Part shown: in pieces, positions 24,904-38,100 of the stretch
Layout of the letters: each line of letters starts with the position of its first letter
Position numbering within the stretch: position 1 is the stretch's first letter
Source of the DNA: Haliotis rubra
Lineage: Eukaryota
Length of the DNA: 64,000 bases
Direction: 5' to 3'
NCBI RefSeq assembly: GCF_003918875.1
Contig: NW_025767202.1
Coordinates: forward strand, 310,001 to 374,000
Notes under the pieces: generated by a model
What the model saw: the letters and a program-made list of their open reading frames with translations, nothing else
Databases searched by the model: none
What the model was told of the DNA's origin: nothing
Translations under genes and position numbers: made by a program

Positions 24904-27432
24904 CGGTGAAAAAGAACATGTATTGATGTTATACTGTAGCTGATCTATACCCATACCAAATGAATAAATATGATGACTATATTCATCTATATTATTATCC
25001 TATTCAGGTCTCGATAGTTTTGAAAAAGCACATGCATTCGTTATAAATTACATCAAGCTGGACGTCAATAGGAGTAATTCTCGAGACCGTGGTTTTAGAT
25101 AGAGAGTTTCATTTACCACCATATATAGAGTATTAAAGATGACTTTCGTCCTGAATCCATTATAGTTGCGCAATACGAAGACGCTTTGCTTCTGGAGTGC
25201 GCTTTAATCGCTATATTAGTTCCAGGGCGAAAGTGTGCTGTATTACGCCATATACAGTGGTAGAGCAAACTATATTTCTTTTCTGAGATGCCAAATCGAA
25301 TAAGGCTTTCTAAGGATAATTTTGCTGATTTAATTTAAGGCAGAAACAAAACGATGGCGGCCGGTATTCTAAATTAAGAAATATTCACTCAGGGCTACCA
25401 GGCGCGCTGTTCGTTCTATTGATGTGTCTGGTCCCTCTACGTTAAGACGTGAACGTTACCTAGAAACAAACCTAAAATTGATAATAGCTCGATGATGGTT
25501 TACGTCTGATTTTAAAGATTCTCTGAATTATTTTAATTTACATCTGGTCATTAACGTAAAACCCATATGGGGTAATTACTTCACCGTGTCGCATTTCTAC
25601 CTTCAACCAACGTGCCGAGCATTCTCTTCAGTGGCATTTAGAAGTTGCATTACTGATGTCTTCGTATATTTTATGGATTATTGTAAATTAAAATATAATG
25701 AATACGTAAAATGTGGATTACGAAATTCCAAAATTTCAAAACAAATTAAAAGCTAAAATTTAGATTAAAAATTAAAATTAAATCTAAAAAGAAGTTTAAT
25801 CCATAAAAATATCTTGGACATCAGCGTAAGGTTTAGATCAGTACATCCAGATGAAGCTGAGTAGTCAAGCGACATTCCACGATTGCAGATGCAGGGAAAT
25901 GTAAACATGATTATGAATGTTACCGTGTCGTTATGAAAACTTGTGGAGTTGAACTGTCTCATACATGCTCGCCGCGAATAGCTGCAACATTGCTGATGCG
26001 GCGTTAAGCAATAGTCACTCACTCACACAGTTATGTCCTCCGTCATATGAAGATAAAAGTATATATAAATTGTACAGTTATATAGGTCACCTAGCTCTAT
26101 GCCCGGTCGATTTTAGGCGATTTCGGACCGTTCAGTTGAAGACAAACGACTAAGTGGAAGCCACCCTGTTTTTAACATGAACGGGCGAGATCATCTGGGA
26201 AGGGCTGTATCCTCCCAAGTAGTTGTCACTCGGGGTCGACCTGAACACTGACAGTCTTTCATGTCATTAGTTTGCTGCTGTCTGATCAATAGGTTGACAG
26301 TTGGTTGATGCCAGCAACATCTCTTGCAATAGCCCTGATGACGTGCCAGCAACATCTCTTGCAATAGCCCTGATGACGTGCCAGCATCTCGTATTTCAAA
26401 TAGCTTGCCATTGTTGACAAGTTGTCAGTGGAACAACAACAGCAGTTATCAATAACAAAATCAATTGACAATTGAAGTTATCAAGCTGCGAGAACAATTT
26501 ACTGACACTTGATATTTGCTTCGTTGTGAGACTATTTACCTTCTAGCGCCTTACAAGCAGCTTGCGTTATCCGGGGTAAAAATGATCAGATTGTGCGATT
26601 GTGCAGGGCGTTTAGACTGGAAAAGGTGCGTTATGAATATTCACATGTCATTATATTTGCTTAAAGACGGGACACGTATTGTACGTGCTGGTGGCTTTTT
26701 ATCGTAGGACGTGCATTTCTGTGATCAATTTAAGGTTCAAGTAATCTTAGGGTCGAAATATTCATACATACAAACATATTTACGATATGAATACAAATGG
26801 TTTTATGATGGTTGCGATAGTGTTCCATATGTATATATTTAGCCATCAGGCTGAGCTAGCATTTCAAGTGGGTTCAGTGTATCAAACAAGGCGGTGGTGT
26901 GATATGTATCCAGATTCACGGTAGCACCACACAGAAGTGGCCACACCATGACAAGTCGTATCCTTTTAAATGAAAATGGCTACTGCATCACCATAATCAT
27001 GCTGTGAAAAAAGAACATGTATGGATGTTATATTGAAATGATCTATACCATTACCAAATGAATAAAATGATGAATATATTCTACATCTACAGTCAAATCC
27101 CGATGAGTCGAATCGCTGGGGACGAAGTAATAGATTCGACTAATCGATGTATTCGAGACATAAGTATGTCTATGAGGGTAGAAAAAACAGATGATTGAAT
27201 ATTGAACAATTCCTTTATTCAGCACATCATATCTAAATATAGCACACCAATACATTAGGTGACATAGAGAATGGATAATAATGGATAATGGAAATAAACT
27301 GTATACAAATGAGAACACATTTCAATACTAGCACAATCAAATACAAAAGACAAAATTCTGGAAAAAGCCTGACATTAATGTTTGTTTCTGTGAATGTCCC
27401 TTACATTTATCCACAAATTCACGGACGCTTGC

Positions 27433-28230
27433 CTAGTGGGAAAAATGTTCGTTGTTTGTACCTGGGACCGACTCGAGAAATTCCTCCAGTCCTTCACAGA
27501 ACTTTATCGCTTCCGATACGGATGGTGGTGGTTTGACGGCAGGGTGTGTCTCGTCTTCATCATCAGACGAGTCGTCGTTGTGACAGGTCCTGGGACCAAG
27601 CAATGACTCGATGATGTCGGCATCAGATGAAGGGGCACATGTTTTAATGTTGTCATCGACACTTACATAGTCGGCCAAAGTCACATCACCTGGAAGTACA
27701 CAGACATGTAATCTGGCTAGGGGGATGTCATCTTCATCGTCAGATTCACATGGGGCGTCGGGAGATGCGGCTTCTGTCAGAACGAATCCAGCGTGGCGGT
27801 AGCAGTTGGGGATTGTTACTGGCTTTACTTTCTGCCAAGCATGTCGTAACATACGCATGACATCAAGCACTGTGATTACACATTCCTTGCTGTCGTTGAT
27901 GGCTGCTATGTAACGGTCAAGAGCTGCATTCCTGTAGTGGACCTTCAGATTATTGATGACACCTTGGTCCATTGACTGCGTTTAGAAGTTGTGTTTGGTG
28001 GAAGGAACACAAGAGTAATGTTTGTGAGACCTGTGACTGTCGGGTGAGCAGGACAGTTGTCTAAAGTGAGAGCAATCTTCTTCTTCTTCCGTCTAATCAT
28101 TTGTTTATCTAATGATTTTACCCAATCACAAAATAAACCAGACGTCATCCAGGCAGACTTGTTGTTACAATATGAAGTCGGCAGAGATTTGACGTTCTTA
28201 AAACAACGCGGCTTAGCAGATTTATCCTAT
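27433..28230 (-). mobile_element. Tigger/pogo DDE transposase fragment, frameshifted
   Basis: PRCFKNVKSLP..., WMTSGLF, LTLDNCPAHP, FLPPNTTS, MDQGVINNLKVHYR. Confidence 0.88.
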
Positions 28231-31200
28231 TCAGCTTTGACAGTTTTGAAAGCACGTGCATTGTTATAAATACATAGTTGAATTAATCAGAGTAATTCTA
28301 TATGTGGTTTAAGAAATACAGTTCGCTCTATCACCATGTATAGTGTAATAAAGCACACTTTCGCCCTGAACTATTGTAGTTAAAGTACGAGGACGCTTGC
28401 TTTGTCACACTATGCATGGTGGTAGAGCGAACTATATTTCTTTTCTAAGATGCCAAATGTAATACTTTCTAAGGATAATGACGATTAACTTAAGGCAGAA
28501 AACAAACGACGGTGTCGGTGACCTAAATTAAGAATCCTCGCACAGGGCTTACAGGCGCGCTGTTCTATTGATGTTTCTGATGATCCCCCCCCCCCCCTTC
28601 ACGTTAAGACGAATGTTACCAGAACAAACACAAATGATAACAGTTTGATGACGGTTTACGTTCGGATTAAATATCTTCTCTGAATTATTTTAATTACATC
28701 TGTCATTAACGTAAACCATATCAGGCAATATGAACGTCGCATTTCTACTACAAACGTAAGTTTAGATCAGTACATCCAGATGAAGCTGAGTAGTCAAGCG
28801 ACATTCCACGATTGCATTGTGGGAATGTAACATTGCGAATGTTACCGTGTCGCTGAAAACTTGTGAGTTGAACTGACACATTTTAACCGTCGTAAGACAT
28901 AAATGTAATCTTTCCACCAGTGATGTTAGCTGCGTGAAGCAACTGCAAAAAAAGAAACGGGATGCAACGGAGTAGTACGAGGCGATGACAACTGACATGC
29001 ATCGTGACGTCGCTTACATTGTGACGTTATGTAAAATGGTTCGATTACGAGGGGGCACTCTAGAATGGCGCAGTGACGGGATAACGTCATTCAATTGTTA
29101 AGTCATAAAAAAACTCTACCTTTATTGTCTGATAATGTATTATTTTTTTTCGATTGTTCTAACCGCTAGGCATTTTAGAAATGACTATAAACGGTTTTTC
29201 ATGTAAATACAGTCAGGTGGAGAAATGTCAGAACCAATGAATATCAATATTACGGATGAAAAGTACTACAGTCACTACACTGGATGTTCAGTTTATTTCC
29301 AGCTTACAACAGGAGCAAATGGGCCCGAATCATCGAAATATACGTAATCAAATTGCAAAAATAAAGATGATAACGATATTTTATAATTGTGGGCTTTTTT
29401 TCTTTCTTTTTTCTTAATTTATTCATTTATTTATTTACTTATATTTTTTTGTTTTATGTGTACACATTCGTGACAATAGCGAGCTGACACGAACTATCAA
29501 CGCACAAGTGGGTGTTGAAAATGGGGTGTGTGTCATTGTTTATGTTTCGCCCATGTAACGACATGAGTTCGCCTGTGTAACGATTTTGAACATAACCATC
29601 ACAATTGACATTTGAACTTTGTCAAGGAATGGAAACATAACTCAGCTGATACTTTTTAGGACCTATTCCACCAGCTGTGCAGTCTCTAAACATCAGCAGT
29701 CAATGTCAGCCACACTGAAAATGTCACTTTGACCCATTAATCCGTCATTTATGATGTATCAGTACTGTTTTTGATTTGCTGCAAACAAAGGAGGTGATGT
29801 TCAGAATAAGTAATACCATTGTTTGTCAGGTGTGACAAGTTGTGACTATTGACTTTCATGTATTCCCGTTATTCTAATGACTCTACACATTAGCATCTGT
29901 ATGTTCATTTCCATGAGAAAATATGTGTTGTTCTAGCCGCGAATAGCTGCAACATTGTTGATGGTGCTTGAAGCAAAACTCACTGGCTTACTCACTCACT
30001 CACTCACTGTCTCACTGACTCACTCAGTCCAGTATCTGCACTGAAACAAGTTTCAAACAACAAACTGAAGCTTTGTGTGGGTGTGCAAGGATATAACGTC
30101 TCTAAATTGCTCACTTGGTCATTTGTTACTTGTCCATCTTTCATATTTTAATACTTTCAGCACAAGTGCAATTAGTCGCAGATCGCGATAAAATGAAATC
30201 AGACATGGATTGCACCTCCAACTGCTGTTATCTGAGTGCACTGGGGAGCAGGCAAAATGCAGGGTCAACATTCCAGTATATTGGACTGGTAATTACTCCA
30301 GCACAAGTCACAGATGAAACAGATCCTGCCAGCACCATCGAGGCAAGGGCAAAGGATTTCCAGCACTTCAAAGGGGGGTATACTTTTCCTTACTGCTCGA
30401 AGGTATATACCGTATGATCCTTTGAGGCTATTGTAGTTGAATGACCGTCACATTTGCACTATGCTCTGAAACATGTCCTCCCTTACACTCATAACACAGA
30501 TTGCACCGCAAGCAAAAGCAGCAGAAAACATCAATATAGACTGAATCAGATGTTACTGTCACAACGTTGGACACCTCGGCCATTAAATGTTTAGTGAGAA
30601 AATAATCAATTTATCCTGCTTAGGTGAACAGCTCCAACCCATTTTTTTTTTATAAATGCAACAAGAAACAAACAAACTCTCTCTCTCACACACACACACA
30701 CACAGACACACACACACGCACGCACGCACGCACGCACAGTGGCTACAGAGCGTGCAAGTTGAATATTAGATCTAACAACAGTTGTCTAATGTGGGAAAAT
30801 TTCAGAAATTTTATTATGTTAGTATTAGTTATGGTCTTGGCAAAACATGAAGTATATCTGGGGCGTGTTTCGATCCATAATCACAGGATTCTGGCACGTT
30901 ATACAAAGCGTACGTCTCTGAAAAGAGCAGATTTTTAAAGAAATTGATAACTGCGTTTATACTGAATTAGCCCCAGTTAGCTCGGAGATTCAGAACCAAT
31001 GGGGGTCTAGACTGGCTTCATTTTTGACAATTGCATTGCAGAAAGGGTTGGGCGGAAAGTCTGGAGTATGAGACAGCCTACTGGCATGTGTTAGGTCCCA
31101 GCGATACAGAGCGAATGTGTTTCTTACAAGGAGGGAAACTCATTTAAACAAAACTAATCTTTGGCATTCGTATTTTGGAAAATATGTATATGGACATGGG

Positions 31201-33395
31201 CAAGCAGAAGATTTCCTTCATCTTCTGACCACAGCTTCTAATCCCTGTCGGAACAATGCAGTTGACTACAGCCGACTTGGTAGTGTTCATCTGGGCGAGG
31301 GTTGTCAATATATTAGGACTGACATTGTATTGTTGACCTTCATCAGCTGATTCCCTGATGCGCTAACTATTGTCAATTCATTAACTCTCTGTTTGACTGA
31401 CAACGTAGTCCTGTAACATACTGAAATCGGAAAATGAACGACAGTTAGTGTTTTAGTATCCATCTAGGCGAGGTCACCCACTACTGTCAATATTTCAGGA
31501 TTGACATTGTATTGTTGACTTTCATCAGCTGATGAAGATAGTGATTCACGTGAGCCAAGTCCATAACTGACTATTGTCAATTCCTTCACCCTCTGCTTGA
31601 AGGACAACGTAGTCATGCGATATACTGAAATCGGGAAATGAAAGGCAGTTGGTCTTTTAGTGTCCACCTATGCGAGGTCACCACTGCTGACAATGTATCA
31701 GGACTTAATTAACCTATTGTTTCACTTCATACTCCTGAAAACCACTAAAGCTGACTTTCAGTCAATCTGTCAAATAAATCGACTATTTTTTCAGGCAGTT
31801 GACATAGTGGATCAGACAATTTACAAGTTGACTGAAAATTAGAGGTAATTTACAAATTGACTGATTTTACACATTGACTGTAACATATATGTATGATTCC
31901 TAGGTTTTCCGCGCAAAATCTAATTCTAACTCGTCTGCCAACATCTTTACCAACTTTTGTACGTGTATTGAATAGCTAACAGTTATCAAAAGTAACTTGA
32001 CAATTCCCACTCTGAGGTACGACTTGTGCAGAGACCAGTTGATATTGGCGACATACTTTCTTTTTGGGAATATTTTAGAAGTTTATTACAGTATTTGAGG
32101 CCACGTGGCCACGAGTACAAACATTTAAAACACTATTTCGCGGCTGGACTGATAAAACAATGTAATTTGGACATTTTTATACTGGCAAGTTACGTTTTTG
32201 TGTTGTCTATAATAGCATTTGGAATGACCTACAATCCATATCATGATACTATGAGACTATACATATATTCATTTACCATTCTCACAGGTTCACAAATACG
32301 TATGATCCGTAACACAATCTGGGTCAAAACTGGTCTTCAGCAACCCATGTTGTAAGAGGGAACTAATGTGAACGGGTGGTCGTTCTCACTTACTTGTTTG
32401 ATGTATGCCATCGTATCCCACTTGTGAAGATCGATGCTTATAGTGTCATGACCATGTTATGTGTAATTCTTATATGTATATCATTAGATGTTACTAAAAC
32501 TGAGGCCTGCATATTTTTATGAACGTTACAGTAAAATCAAAATGTTTATATAAATTCATCTAGGAATATCTTTGAGTTAAAAATAGGCACTTAATGTTTT
32601 GTATTTATAGCAATACGTTTCTGTCGAAATAGATCGTCTATAGATAAAAGATCAAATACTGTGATAACGTTGCAAATAAGTTTAGACTAAATCGTCCCCA
32701 TGGACGTTCTTCAGGTTCATATATGTGCATGTAAAGGTCAATGTACAGCTGGAAGGTGCAGCTGTAAGAGGTTGAACCTTCAGCATGTGGATGTGGACCT
32801 GAAACATGTTCCCGTAATCTTGACATTGTTGACATTGACTAACATGAATTTTATGAACAATAGATACGAATTGATATTAAGGAAATGTTGTTTGCATCAT
32901 GATGACATGACTGACTCATCATTCTTTGATGAGCAAAGAAAGACTTCTTTATTATAATTATACATTTAAGAGCTTTCTGTTATGTTGTGTCCAACAGTAT
33001 CTTCGACATATTTGGTATCATTGATACTATGTAAAGCATGAAGCTGTTACTGTTGAACAGACTTTATGTAATATTTTGCTGATCTGAATGCAAAGTACCA
33101 ACTTGTAATTCCTTTTCATGCATACAGTCCCAACAAAACTTGAACCTTAAAAGGGCCCCTGCACGGTAATCACACACGGTAGCTGATGACAACCGACTTT
33201 AATTCAAAGCTAATCATTCCTGATTGTGAAAAAACAGATCCCATTCGGTCGCCAGAACTGCACCACATTTTAACCATTTTAGGGGTCTGGCCATTTAGAA
33301 TATCAAATTGTAAGCACCTTAACTGCCTTTTTGTGCAGATATGTGAAATTCGATGCATGTAGTGTTTGCATCTCTTGTGTACTTGTGTACTGGAT

Positions 33396-33560
33396 GGGGC
33401 GGTGGGGTAGCCTAATGGTTAAAGCGTTGGCTCGTCACGCCGAAGACCCGGGTTCGAATCCCCACATGGGTACAATGTGTGAAGCCCATTTCTGGTGTCC
33501 CCCGCCGTGATGTTGTTGGAATAATGCTAAAAGCGGCGTAAAACCAAAACTCAGACAGTC
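33396..33560 (+). mobile_element. SINE A, full length
   Basis: TSD gtgtactggat. Confidence 0.92.
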
Positions 33561-34374
33561 CTTCAGTGTACTGGATAGTAAAGCCAATCTTCTGATATCA
33601 GGGTAAGGTAACTGCGACCTACCTAATGGGTAGCAAGTGTTCATGATGTTGTCTTTCCACTGTAACACTGTAACACTGTAACGCCATAGTTGGGAAATGT
33701 ATGATAGTTTCCGTCAGTGGTGACTTTATACACTGAGGGCTTGTGATCAGGTGGATGATCCATTTACTGTCACAAGTTCATAAAATTTGTTTTGTATTCC
33801 CTTCTTTCCTTTCGATGTAATCCCAATCTGGACCTCAAAGGGTAGACTACTGGACCCTTTCACACAAAGGAATTAGGAACTGGGTCTAATGACAATGGAT
33901 ATAGCTGAGAAGAATATTCAGATCATTCAGGTTTTCTCTTGTAGCTCAATGCTGAATGAACAGCTTGCCTAAGTTTTCAGCATGAATGCAAATTTTCTTG
34001 TACAGAATAATGTCTAATTGATATTTGTGAAGTAAATAAAAAACAAAGTCATCTACGGAAAGATATGTTGTTCTACTCTATTGTTTCCTGCAGACAAAAT
34101 GGTACCTATCCTGTGTTACTGTTTGTTGAAAGGCAAACACTACCGTAGCAACAAACATTTGTTTAAAAACAGAAAATCAGTATTGAAATATATAGATTCA
34201 AAAGGCTCTACTGTTCCATCCAGTTCACGTTAAAGAGCAAATCGAAACCAAACATGCTCGTTGTACCCCGTACAGAAAACACACTGTGTATATGCAAAGC
34301 ATATAATTCAAATTGTGTTTTTAATTTATTTCAAAACGTTTAACAAAAATAAACAGACCATTATGGGTTGTAGT

Positions 34375-34705
34375 GGTATCATACAAAGGTAGAGGCTTCA
34401 ATGAGAGGTATCACACAAAGGTAGAGACTTTAATAAGAGGTATCATACAAAGGTAGAGACTTCAATTAGAGGTATCATACAAAGGTAGAGACTTCAATAA
34501 GACGTATCACACAAAGGTAGAGACTTCAATAAGAGGTATCATACAAAGGTAGAGACTTCAATAAGAGGTATCATACAAAGGTAGAGACTTCAATAAAAGG
34601 TATCATACAAAGGTAGAGACTTCAATGAGAGGTATCACACAAAGGTAGAGACTTCAATGAGAGGTATCACACAAAGGTAGAGACTTCAATAAGAGGTATC
34701 ATACA
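34375..34705. repeat. 32-bp minisatellite upstream of the gene 3 promoter
   Basis: Unit aaaggtagagacttcaataagaggtatcatac, about 10 copies. Confidence 0.92.
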
Positions 34706-34935
34706 GAGAAACGCTTAGGGATAGTAACATCACAGAGATACATGCTTTAAGATAGTGCTATGATACAGAGAGACACTCGCACGTTGTGGAATCAAATATC
34801 TCGCCATTAGTGTACACTTAAAATCAATCACTTTTACGCATCAGCTTCGCCAATTGTTTCAAATTATTCAAATTTATTGAACAGCAAAATCCATTAATGC
34901 GCTGAAAACATACATACAGTGAACAAGTCTCAAGT

Positions 34936-34976
34936 TGACGTCACGGGCACCTGTTGCCTGCTGTTGTGGCTATAAG
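34936..34976 (+). promoter_or_regulatory. Gene 3 proximal promoter: CRE (TGACGTCA), E-box (CACCTG), TATA
   Basis: Motifs and spacing are the same upstream of gene 4. Confidence 0.7.
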
Positions 34977-35005
34977 AAGAGATCGACAATCTGAAGATCT
35001 TCATC

Positions 35006-35112
35006 ATGAGGTCGTTGCTGTTGCTTTGTGTGCTGGTCCTCCTGACCTCTGTCCCTGTTGGGGGGCGGTGGCGAGGAGGAGGATACAAAATAGTCGCTGG
35101 CTACAAACAAAC
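35006..35112 (+). CDS. Gene 3 exon 1
   Basis: Signal peptide then [17 protein letters not shown]; AC|GTAAGT; paralogous to 62568. Confidence 0.85.
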
Positions 35113-38100
35113 GTAAGTTTTGCTCAGTATCGTGATAGTTGAATATTTATACATTTGATGTTCATTTAAAAATATCTCCCAATAAGACCTTAAACATAAT
35201 TAATCAGAAAGATAACTTGTGGTTGTGGTATCCCACAGATACATACTTGAAGGCAGTGGTATCGCACATAGATACATTCTTGGGGGTAGTGATATCACAC
35301 ATAGACACATTCTTTGGGGTAGTGATATCACACAAAGATACAAACTTGGAGGTAGTGATATCACATAGAGACACATACTTGGAGGTAGTGATATCACACA
35401 AAGACAAACTTGGAGGTAGTGATATCACACAGATACATTCCTGGGGGTAGTGATATCACACAAAGATACAAACTTGGAGGTAGTGATATCACACAGAGAT
35501 ACGTGCTTGTAGGTAGCGGTATCATGTTTGCTTTTGTCAAACAAATCAGTTTCTGAGACCTTTTTATGTTACTCCTAAGAGCTGGAATCTCTGTTCTACT
35601 ACACAGTAGTCGTAAATCACAATTACCTGACTGTATTTTCCGGTCCATGGATCACTTGATTGTCTGGTTTGTTTCCAGACAGCATGGCAGGAATACTGAT
35701 GAGTAGCGTCAGGCAGAAACTACTTCCATTGCTAGGTCAGTTGTGTAAATGGGATGCCATTGGAAGGGTTGGACATGCTTACCCATTGCTAGGTCAGTTG
35801 TGTAAATTTGGATACCACTGGAAGAACAGGACATGCTTACCCATTGCTAGGTCAGTTGTGTAAATGGGATGCCATTGGAAGGGTTGGACATGCTTATCCA
35901 TTGCTAGGTCAGTTGTGTAAATGGGATACCACTGGAAGGACAGGACATGCTTACCCATTGCTAGGTCAGTTGTGTAAATGGGATGCCAATGGAAGGGTTG
36001 GACATGCTTACCCATTGCTAGGTCAGTTGTGTAAATGGGATGCCATTGGAAGGGCAGGACATGCTTACCCAATGGAAGGTCAGTTGTGTAAATGGGATGC
36101 CATTGGAAGGGCAGGACATGCTTACCCATTGCTAGGTCAGTTGTGTAAATGGGGTGCCACTGGAAAGGTTGGACATGCTTACTCATTGCTAGGTCAGTTG
36201 TGTAAATGGGATGCCATGGAAGAGGACCACCCATTGGAAAATGGGTCACTGGAAGGGCAGGACTTACCCATTGCCAGGTCAGTTGTGTAAATGGGATGCC
36301 ATTGGAAGGGCAGGACATGCTTATTGCTGGTCAGTTGTGTAAATGGGATGCCATTGGAAGGGCAGGACATGCTTACCCAATTATTGCTAGGTCAGTTGTG
36401 TAAATGGGATGCCATTGGAAGGGCAGGACATGCTTACCCATTGGTAGGTCAGTTGTGTAAATGGGATGCCAAATGGGATGCCACCCATTGCTTGGAAGGG
36501 CAGGAAGGGCAACATGCTTACCCATTGCTAGGTCAGTTGTGTAAAATGGGATGCCATTGGAAGGGCAGGACTAACTTACCCATTGCTAGGTCAGTTGTGT
36601 AAATGGGATGCCATTGGAAGGGCAGGACATGCTTACCCATTGCTACGTCAGTTGTGTAAATGGGATGCCACTGGAAGGGCAGGACATGCTTACCCATTGC
36701 TAGGTCAGTTGTGTAAATGGGATGCCATTGGAAGGGCAGGACATGCTTACCCATTGCTAGGTCAGTTGTGTAAATGGGATACCACTGGAAGGACAGGACA
36801 TGCTTACCCATTGCTAGGTCAGTTGTGTAAATGGGATGCCATTGGAAGGGTTGGACATGCTTACCCATTGCTAGGTCAGTTGTGTAAATGGGATGCCATT
36901 GGAAGGGCAGGACACGCTTACCCATTGCTAGGTCAGTTGTGTAAATGGGATACCACTGGAAGGACAGGACATGCTTACCCATTGCTAGGTCAGTTGTGTA
37001 AATGGGATGCCATTGGAAGGGCAGGACACGCTTACCCATTGCTAGGTCAGTTGTGTAAATGGGATGTCATTGGAAGGGCAGGACATGCTTACCCATTGCT
37101 AGGTCAGTTGTGTAAATGGGATGCCACTGGAAGGGCAGGACATGCTTACCCATTGCTAGGTCAGTTGTGTAAATGGGATGCCATTGGAAGGGCAGGACAT
37201 GCTTACCCATTGCTGTATCAGTTGTGTAAATGGGATGCCATTGGAAGGGCAGGACATGCTTACCCATTGCTAGGTCAGTTGTGTAAATGGGATGCCATTG
37301 GACCAGGACACATTGCCCATTAGGTCAGTTGTGTAAATGGGATGCCATTGGAAGGGCAGGACATGCTTACCCATTGCTAGGTCAGTTGTGTAAATGGGAT
37401 GCCATTGGAAGGGCAGGACATGCTTACCCATTGCTAGGTCAGTTGTGTAAATGGGATGCCATTGGAAGGGCAGGACATGCTTACCCATTGCTAGGTCAGT
37501 TGTGTAAATGGGATGCCATTGGAAGGGCAGGACATGCTTACCCATTGCTAGGTCAGTTGTGTAAATGGGATGTAAAATGGGCAGGAAACCCATTGAAGAG
37601 GTTGGAAATGGGATGCTTGGACTCAGGACATTACCTAATGGAAGGTCAGTTGTGTAAATGGGATGCCACTGGAAGGGCAGGACATGCTTACCCATTGCTA
37701 GGTCAGTTGTGTAAATGGGATGCCACTGGAAGGGCAGGACATGCTTACCCATTGCTAGGTCAGTTGTGTATATGGGATGCCATTGGAAGGGCAGGACAAG
37801 CTTACCCATTGCTAGGTCAGTTGTGTAAATGGGATGTCATTGGAAGGGCAGGACATGTTTACCCATTGCTAGGTCAGTTGTGTAAATGGGATGCCATTGG
37901 AAGGGCAGGACATGCTTACCCAATGGAAGGTCAGTTGTGTAAATGGGATGCCACTGGAAGGGCAGGACATGCTTACCCATTGCTAGGTCAGTTGTGTAAA
38001 TGGGATGCCACTGGAAGGGCTGGGCATGCTTACCCATTGCTAGGTCAGTTGTGTAAATGGGATGCCATTGGAAGGGCAGGACATGCTTACCCATTGCTAG

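Noticed and set aside
31260-31700. Two to three degenerate ~180-200-bp direct repeats rich in tgtcaa/ttgac
   Set aside because: Real but old; no termini or coding signal to classify them.
32700-32800. CACKGQCTAGRCSCK, a CXC-like motif
   Set aside because: Short, isolated and frameshifted; probably a transposon ORF remnant that I cannot assign.
35695-35722. ctgatgag...gaaac hammerhead candidate
   Set aside because: Stem II does not pair convincingly.
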